64,000 nucleotides of DNA from Octopus sinensis (Eukaryota). The notes under the pieces were generated by a model. That model saw nothing but the letters and a program-made list of their open reading frames with translations, was not told where the DNA came from and searched no databases. The translations under genes were made by a program, and so were the position numbers. Location: the NCBI RefSeq assembly GCF_006345805.1, contig NC_042999.1:17608001-17672000 (forward strand), written 5' to 3'. Of this stretch, positions 53,669 to 64,000 are shown piece by piece; within the stretch, counting starts at the first letter, position 1; each line of letters begins with the position of its first letter.

Positions 53669-56600
53669 TATATATATGCGTGTGTGTGCGTATGTTTCTG
53701 TGAACACGAAGAGTATTGCTGTATTCATTAACTAGGAATCAAGAATTTCACTGACTTATGAAGAAAATGGAATTTTCTGTTCAACGTTAGAAACATTTAA
53801 ACTTTTAAACAATTGCAGAATATGCAACTTATCTTGAGAAATTCAATGGAATACGATGAATGGAGGAAATTCATTTATAAAGTATCTGTTTTGATGATAG
53901 AATTTCAATAGCGTTCTGCTAAAGTATTATATATATATATGTGTGTGTATATACTCATACATAGACTCACCCACGCAAATATTCAGCATTTGTATATAAT
54001 ATTCATAATTAGACATGCATAAATGCTCGTAAATGTGTATACATTCATACAAACTCACAGACATGTGTTAGTGTGTTTATATGTGCTGTTGAATACCGAA
54101 TGAAAACAATTATTACCAATACATTCCATCAGACGCACGTTTCAATTGGTTATGTAGCGAGTGGTTACGTAAGGTGATGATACACATTTATTAAGCTTTT
54201 CCAAGACGTTTCAAGTGGTAGGAATCGATACTTTCAAGTTTGGTGCCGGTTATAGGAATATGCTTAAGAAAATCCACTATAAGACACTGAAAAAAAAAAT
54301 AAATGAAATGAGATATTGAAAGAATAGAGTTACACAAGGGGCCAACAGTATGGAAAAGTAATTAAGATGCTAATTTTAAAAATGAGGCAAACAACGTCAA
54401 ATATAGATGAAATCTGGACGACGGAATAAAAACTATTGTTTAACATGTCAATTAATTCTCACGCTGCTTAAGGAGTTATCATCAGGTGTACATTTTATTC
54501 ATTAATGATAATTATGCTCTATTGCATAATCATTTCCGTGGGTATATAGTTTTTAATACAATTGCAGTTGCGTAAAAATTATATTTCATTGATTGCCTGC
54601 ATCTCAGTCCACAGTTAGTGAGTTAAAATAATTCGGAATAGACGATTCCCTTTTTATGACTTCATTCATTACAACAGCTTTCTAAAAAAAAAATACTTCT
54701 TGAATTAGGTCTTCATTAACTATTGAGGAGCTGTTTCCTTGGCTTTATATTACTAGAAACGGGCAATAATCCAGTGTTTATTGCAGTAGTGACTCATAGG
54801 ATCTGTGGCGCGTGAGTTTCAACGATTAATTAAAATACGAGAAATCTCAACAAACAAGCCACTTTGTCGACAGAAGTAGTGGATAATTATTAATGGTGCT
54901 GAGGGTACCATTAATAATTGAAATATTGTCAATTTGATTCCTGACTGAAATCGTTGTCTTATTTATAAAGAATATTTTAAAATCCAATTCGAAAAAAAAA
55001 CCCCTCTAATTGATGGTATTAACTCAGTCCTTAGAATATAAGTTATATTTCAACTAAAACTGAAGCGCCTGCATAGCATTTGATTTTGCAATTGATGATA
55101 CTTTGCGAAAGATTTTCTGGTATGGATGCATAATATATAGAAATACCAGAATTGCAGAGACTTAAACTTTTGGTCCTTAAAATAATTTGTGCAAGTTATT
55201 TCCATGAAGATTTGTAACGCATTAACAATTTTCTCTTTGTTGTATTCTCTTTGTTCAATTAATACGGTACAGGAATTCCTGTTGAAATACACTTTGGATT
55301 AATGTAGAGGAATATAAACAATTGTATTATTATATAAAAATTCCGGCTTATTATGTAATTCAAAATGAGAATAATTCGGAATCCTATTATTGGTGATATT
55401 GAGTGTACTTTTTCTTGCAAAGAAATGTAGTTTTTCTACAAAATTTACAGTAAATTTAGGATGAAACAAAATTGATTTTATTTGTTAAAATGTATATCTT
55501 CATCTTTTTCATACAAGTAACAGATTAGAACTTTGTAATTTAATCTCTAAAACTAAATAAATATTAACCTATTATTATACAGAACTCATACTGAAAATTA
55601 TTATTTTTAGATCGTTTACAAATCCTGTTTCAGAAAATATCTTGATTTTTGCATTTTAATTCATAAATTCCATTATGTAATATATTTAGTCACAAACTGT
55701 TATTAACAGCTGCATGTTATAGAAATTGTATTTGAGCCAAATATATACAAAATTGACTTTTTAATACTGGAAATTTATTAGATGAGAAAAAATACTTTTG
55801 AACTACATATTTGCATTAAAAACAAATTACATATATGTAAACATATTTATAAATTACTATTGTGAATTCATCATTATTGTATATCTAATTTAACAGAAAC
55901 AATACACAATGACACTTTATGATGGATATTATAATTAGAAATACTAATAAATTTATCAGAATATTATTTTCGATAGTGAAATAACTAAATAACTTCATAT
56001 ATTTACACGATTCACAATCAGTTTAAGTTCTGTGTAAAAGAAAACAATATATATTTAAAAACTTAGTTTGAATAGCATTTGATAATTATGTGATACGGAT
56101 TATATAATTAGATTTTCTGTATATAATTTTAAATACATTTAGGAAATTTTTAATGTATTTATTTCGTTCGCAGTAGGTTTATTTTGATTATTTTTGCGAA
56201 ATGGTTTAGTGTATGCTATTATGTGACAATGGTTTAAATTAATACTAAGATGGAAGCTAAAATAAATATAGTAATGTTATTTTAAGAGGGAATGTATAAG
56301 AGTGAATGGTATTCTTTTATTTAATTATATTTTAAGCTTTTCAATTATCATTAAACTTTTTAATATGGCCGTAATTGATGAATAATTTCTAGTATTCTAG
56401 AAAACTACTCATTTATGTACTTTTCTAATTCTGTAGATTTTATAGACCTTGTAGATGACATTAATTCACCAATTGAATTAAATTATGTTGCACTACATTT
56501 AGCTAATTTAATATTTCAAGGGCCAGTTCAGTCATGTTACCAACACTTGTCCTATAACGAACACATTAACGGAAGTGTAAATCTGCACAAACTAATACTA

Positions 56601-56934
56601 AAAATGATATTGGGAAATTTATATAAGTACGTGATTATTTTGATATAGTCTAAAATTATTGTGATTAAGAATATTTGTGTAGATTATCAGGCAATATCCG
56701 AAATTAATAATATTTGGCTAATGAAAAAAAATCTGTACAAACTTACTTTGTCACATCCAATTATACAGACTGAATTGAAACAAAGATATTTGAAATTTTA
56801 GTTTTTGCGTTATAATATGCATTGCCAATTTCATAGAATACTTCAATAGTACATATTCATCCTACGCTATGCAATATATATTCGTGTGTGTGCCTGTATG
56901 TGTGTGCGTGTGCGTGTATTTGTGTGTGCGTGTA

Positions 56935-57053
56935 CATATATCTATATCTATATATTTATATATATACATATACAATATATATATATACATATATATTATA
57001 TATATAATACTATATAATATACATATTATAATAATATATACATATATATATAT

Positions 57054-57085
<32 letters not shown>

Positions 57086-58868
57086 CATATATATAGAATA
57101 TATATACCTATATTATAATTACATATATATATACATATATATTAATATATATATAATATATATCATATATATATATATATATTATATAATATATATTATA
57201 CATATATATACATATATATATTAATACATATATATATATACACATATATATATATATACATATATATATATACACATATATATATAGACATATATATATA
57301 CACACATATATATATACATATATATAACATATATATACACATATATATATATACACATATATATATTACACAATATATATATACACATATAATATATACA
57401 CATATATATATATACACACATATATATATACACTAATATATATACACACATATTATATACACATATATATATACACATATATATATATACACATATATAT
57501 ATATATATATACATATATACATATATATATACATATATATATATTACATATATACATATATATATATACATATATATATACATATATATAGATACACATA
57601 TATATATATATATATACATATTATATATACATATATATATATACATATATACATATATATTATACATATATATATATACATATATATATATACATATATA
57701 TCATATATATATAGATACATATATATACATATATATATATACATATATTACATATATATATATTACATATATATAACATATATATATATATATTATATAT
57801 ATACATATATATATATACATATATATATACATATATATATATAACATATATATATATATACATATATATTATACATTATATATATACATATTATATATAC
57901 ATATATATATATTATACATATATATATACATATATATATACATATATATATATACATATATATAACATATATATATATATATAATATATATATACATATA
58001 TAATACATATATATATATACATATATATATACACATAATATATACATATATATATACATATATATAATATACATATATATATATACATATATATATATAC
58101 ATATATATATACATATATATATATACATATATATATACATACATATATATATAATACATTATATATATATATACATATATATATACACATATATATATAC
58201 ACATATATATATATACACATATATTACATATATATATATACAATATATATATATACATATATATATAACATATATATATACACATATATATATACAACAT
58301 ATATATATACACATATATATATACACATATATATATACACATATATATATACACATATATATATACATATATATTATACACATATATATAACATATATAT
58401 ATATACATATATATATACACATATATATATACAATATATATACACATATATATACACATATATATATACATATATATTACATAGATATATACACATAATA
58501 TATATACATATATATATACACATATATATATATAACATATAATACATATATATATACTATATATATATACATATATATACACATATAATACATATATATA
58601 TACATATATATATATACATATATATATATACATATATATATACATATATATATATATATACATATATATATTATACATATATATACATATATATATATAC
58701 ATATATACATATATATATATATATCATATATATACATATATATTATTAATATACATATATAGATATATATATATATATTACATATATATACATATATATA
58801 CAATATATACATATATATAATATATACATATATATACATATATATAACATATATATACATATATATAC

Positions 58869-58901
<33 letters not shown>

Positions 58902-59162
58902 CACTATATATAATATACATATATATACATATATATATATATATATAGACACATAATATACATATATATATATATATACATATATATTATATATACATAT
59001 ATATACACATATATATACACATATATATACATATATATATATATATACAATATATATACATATAATACATAATATATATATACATATATATACATATATA
59101 TAACATATATATACATATATATACATATATATACCACATATATATATGTACATATATATAAC

Positions 59163-59194
<32 letters not shown>

Positions 59195-61080
59195 TACATA
59201 TACATATATATTATACATATATATTACACATATATATAATTATACATATATATACACTATATATATATATACATATACACATATATATTATACATATATA
59301 TACATATATATATATATACATATTAACATATTATATATATACATATATATACATATGTATATATACATATATAGATACTATATATATATACATATATATC
59401 TACATATATATACTATATATATACAATATATATACACATATATATATACATATATACATACATATAATATACACATATATATACATACATATATATACAC
59501 ATATATATACATACATATATATACATCTATACATACATATATATACATATATACACATATATATACTATATATACATATATTACATATATATATATCTAA
59601 CATATACATATATATATATATCTACACATATATATAGGCCACATATATATACATATACATATTATATGCAATATATATACATATATCATATATATATACA
59701 TATATATATTATATAACATATATTATAGATACATATATATATAGATATACATATATATATACATATATATAATAACATATATACATATATACATATATAT
59801 ATATAACAATATCTACATATATATATATATAATATATATAGCATAATTATCTACATATATATATATATATAATACATATATATATACACATATCGTATAT
59901 ATATATACATATATATATCTATATACACATATATATACACATATAGATATACACATATATATATAGTATATACACATATATATATTATACACATATATAT
60001 ATATACACATAATATACATATACATAGCATATATATACATATATATATACTATATATATACATAATATATACATATATATAGATACATATACATATATAT
60101 ATACATATATATATACATACAAATATATATAATACACATATATATATAACACAATATATATATATATATATATACATATATCACATACATATATATACAT
60201 ACATATACATATATATACATATATATATACAATATATATATATATACATATATATACATATATATATATATATACATATATATCTACATACATATATAAT
60301 ATACATTATATACATACATATATATATATATATACATATATATACATACATATATATATACCTACATATATACATACGTATATATATACATACATATAAT
60401 ACATACGTATATATATACATACATATATATACATACGTAGAATATAACATACATATATTACATACTTATATATATACATACATATATTATATACATATAT
60501 ATATCATACATATAATATATATACATATATATACCTACATATATATATATATACATATATATACATATATATACATACATATATATATATACATATAGCT
60601 ATCATACATATATAGATATACATAATACATACATATATAATATATACATATATACATTACATATATATATATATACATATATACATACATATATATATAT
60701 TATCATAACATCATATATACATACATATATATATATATATACATATATACATACATATTATACATATACATATATACATACTATATACATACATATACAT
60801 AATTTATATATAATATTCTACATATAATACATACATATATCTATATATACATATATACATACATATATATATATAATATAATATATACATACATATATCC
60901 ATACATATACATATATATCATACATCTATACTATACATATATATATATACATATATACATACATTATATATATATATATACATATATATATACATATATA
61001 TTATATATATATCTACCTATATATATATATATATTACATATATATATATATATACATATATATTATCCTTATATATATAC

Positions 61081-61114
<34 letters not shown>

Positions 61115-61116
61115 CA

Positions 61117-61152
<36 letters not shown>

Positions 61153-61417
61153 CATATATATATACACATATATATATATTATATACATACATATATATAT
61201 ATATACATATATATATACATATATTATATACATATAATATATATACATATATATATCATATATATTTATATACATATATATATATACACATATATATATA
61301 TATATATTTATATACATAATATATATACACATATATATATATATATATATACATATATATATACACATATATATATATATTACATATATATACACATATA
61401 ATATATATATTATATAC

Positions 61418-61448
<31 letters not shown>

Positions 61449-61860
61449 CATATATAATATATATATACATATAATATACATTCACATATACTATATATAT
61501 AACACACTTATATATATATAACACACATATATATATATACATATATATATATATACATATACACTATATTATATATACATATATATACATATATATATAT
61601 ACATATATATACATATATATATATACATATATATACATATATATATATATCATATATATATATAATATATATATATTACATATATATACATATATATATA
61701 CATATATATACATATATATATATACATATATATACATATATATATATATATACAATATATACATATTATATATTATATATACATATATATACATATATTA
61801 TATATATATACACTATATACATATTATATACATATATATACATATATATATATAATATAC

Positions 61861-61898
<38 letters not shown>

Positions 61899-62096
61899 CA
61901 TTATATACATATATATATACATATAATACATATATATATATATATACAATCTATACATATATATATATATATACATATATATCTTACATATATACTACTA
62001 TATATACATATATATACATTATATACATATATATATACATATATATACATATATATACATATATATATATATATATACATATATACATATATATAC

Positions 62097-62129
<33 letters not shown>

Positions 62130-62143
62130 CATATATACATATA
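56935..62143. repeat. 5.2-kb degenerate (TA)n/(TACA)n simple-sequence block
   Basis: Continuous ATAT/ATAC repeats, nearly G-free on the plus strand. Confidence 0.95.
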
Positions 62144-62847
62144 AGAGATATAATATTATAACCTTTGCACTTTTTTTTTTAATGTCTCTACCCCCATATT
62201 TGCGTGAGTTGAATTGAGCAAACACTATATGAGAGAGGTTTTCTTTAAGTATTAGAAATAGTTTTAAAAAAGTTTTTTAGCTGCTATTTCTAATGAGTTC
62301 AGTATGCGGCAAAGTAATTTATTTTACTAAGCCCTTTTATATAATATATATATATACATATATACCTATCTACCCATCTACCTATCTATCAATCCCTCAC
62401 TTCACACACACACACACACACACATATGTGTATGTATTGTAGCCAGGAAAATATTAATTATTTATGAGAGTAAGCAACTAATGTTTTTTTTTTTCTGAAA
62501 CACAATATAATGCGGTAGTTTGCACATGAGACTATATAAGCAACCGAAAAATCTTGTGAAGCGCTGGAGGTCAAACATGTCACGCCAGACATATATGCAT
62601 AAATACAACCGCACAAACACGTACACATAAATGATGGTTTTCTGCAGAGTTTTCGTCAGGGAAATTCACTCACAAATCATGGATAAACCCAGGCCTATAG
62701 CATGCTCTAGGTTTTCGTGCAGAACTGAAAGGAAAGCAAGGTTTATACGAAATGAATGTATGTTATGTGTGTGCATGTTATGTGTGTTATGTCTGCGTGT
62801 GCATGTTTATATGTGTGTGTGTGTGTACATATATATATATATATATA

Positions 62848-63010
62848 ATTTGACACTGAATTATTGGAAGTCCACCTGAAGATTGTCGATCAAGACAAGA
62901 AACGATTGTAGTGGCGGTTTTTTTGACTATTTATTAAAATTTTATGTATTGATTAAGTCTTTCCTTGTTTGTTTTGCAAAATAGTGGTTTTGTCTCGAAT
63001 AATATTTTAT
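62848..63010 (+). mobile_element. Family-C Penelope-like terminal repeat retaining its hammerhead
   Basis: 62921-63010 matches the arm at 29301-29390; preceded by a hammerhead motif; between (TA)n tracts. Confidence 0.8.
62872..62914 (+). ncRNA. Minimal type I hammerhead ribozyme motif
   Basis: ccac-CTGAAGA-ttgtc(gatcaa)gacaa-GAAAC-gatt-GTA-gtgg: perfect helix I (ccac/gtgg) and helix II (ttgtc/gacaa); near-palindromic ACGATTGT. Confidence 0.75.
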
Positions 63011-63671
63011 ATATATATATATATATATACCTGTATAAATATATATGCTGTATGCAATGGGTAAATTGTTTCCATTTTATACTTTTACTTTCGCACTTGG
63101 GCATTGTTTGTAGAGTCACTTACGTTCTCTGTGTGAGAAAAACAGCATCATGATGCAGTTCACTCTGCCAGAAATTTAGAAGTGACATGCGCTACAGCAA
63201 AGCCTCTATCATTTTATTTTAGGAATTATTCATTGATTTCTTCTGCAAAAATTGGCGAAATGCTGACATATTTCCAATTGCGTATAATGTAATCTTATCT
63301 AAATCTGGAAAGGTTCTCATACACAATAGTGTTAACAGAAACACAGACTGTTTATATATTATTGCTGATATATTTACAAATATCAGCATGTTAAGATTTC
63401 TGTGTATCATTTGAAGTCTCTAGCAACACTTGCGTCAATGTTCAATCATGAGCTAGTAACCACAAGCAAATACACAATCTATGATACATATCCCACCTAA
63501 AATATATATCGAAACGCTCTACTGTCTCACTCAGTTATGTATTAAAAGGGAAAAGGACTCACTAATACTAAATTATTATCTTTCCGCAGCTCTTTCTTAA
63601 TTGACAATTTTATATTCCCATCACTAAGATCATTTTCAACGCTCTCAACGCCAAAATATCATAGTATATGA

Positions 63672-63902
63672 TGCGGCGAGCTGGCAGAAACGTTAGCACG
63701 CTGGGCGATATTCGTAGCCGTATTTCGTCTGCCGTTACGTTCTGGGTTCAAATTCTGCCGAGGTCGACTTTGCCTTTCATCCTTTCGGGGTCGATAAATT
63801 AAGTACCAGTTACGTACTGGGGTCGATGTAATCGACTTTATCCGTTTGTCTGTCCTTGTTTGTCCCCTCTGTGTTTAGCCCCTTGTGGGTAGTAAAGAAA
63901 TA
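63672..63902 (+). mobile_element. Family-A SINE, monomer
   Basis: gcggcgagctggcagaaacgttagcacg...ccccttgtgggtagtaaagaaata. Confidence 0.92.
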
Positions 63903-64000
63903 TATATCATGCGAAATATCTCCTTCTTTCTCGAAGATATACTTTATTGTGCGAATGATGTTACATATAATATTTCTTCAACACAGACTACAATACGGTC

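Noticed and set aside
54885-54919. 15-bp AT-rich hairpin
   Set aside because: Too short for a pre-miRNA; bacterial terminator logic does not apply in this genome.
56869-62225. Many YI/CV-rich ORFs up to 277 aa
   Set aside because: Artefacts of TA/CA simple repeats.
63124-63164. 41-nt minus-strand exon candidate ending at gtaagt
   Set aside because: No recognisable peptide or partner exons.

Overview
AT-rich, repeat-saturated eukaryotic DNA, intronic or intergenic. The SINE families and microsatellite landscape resemble an Octopus/coleoid cephalopod genome (inference from recognition, not a database hit). No intact host gene can be supported: almost all ORFs in the track are translated microsatellites or SINEs. 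Contents: (1) about 25 tRNA-derived SINE copies from four head families, many with target-site duplications (TSDs), internal tandem units and swapped 3' modules; (2) a 2.5-kb same-orientation stack of decayed R4/Dong-type non-LTR retrotransposon pieces (RT and restriction-like endonuclease motifs) separated by (TAA)n tracts at 41.6-44.1 kb; (3) Tx1/L1-like and RTE-like LINE 3' ends; (4) two non-autonomous Helitrons; (5) a 5.2-kb degenerate (TA/CA)n block. The most interesting signal is a set of short Penelope-like, mostly (TA)n-embedded, fold-back elements carrying minimal hammerhead ribozyme motifs: four with intact cores (7730, 21544, 28254, 62872) plus decayed or truncated ones. One is a composite that places a tRNA-like Pol III cassette upstream of a hammerhead inside inverted repeats (27890-28385). 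All alignments and folds were done by eye.
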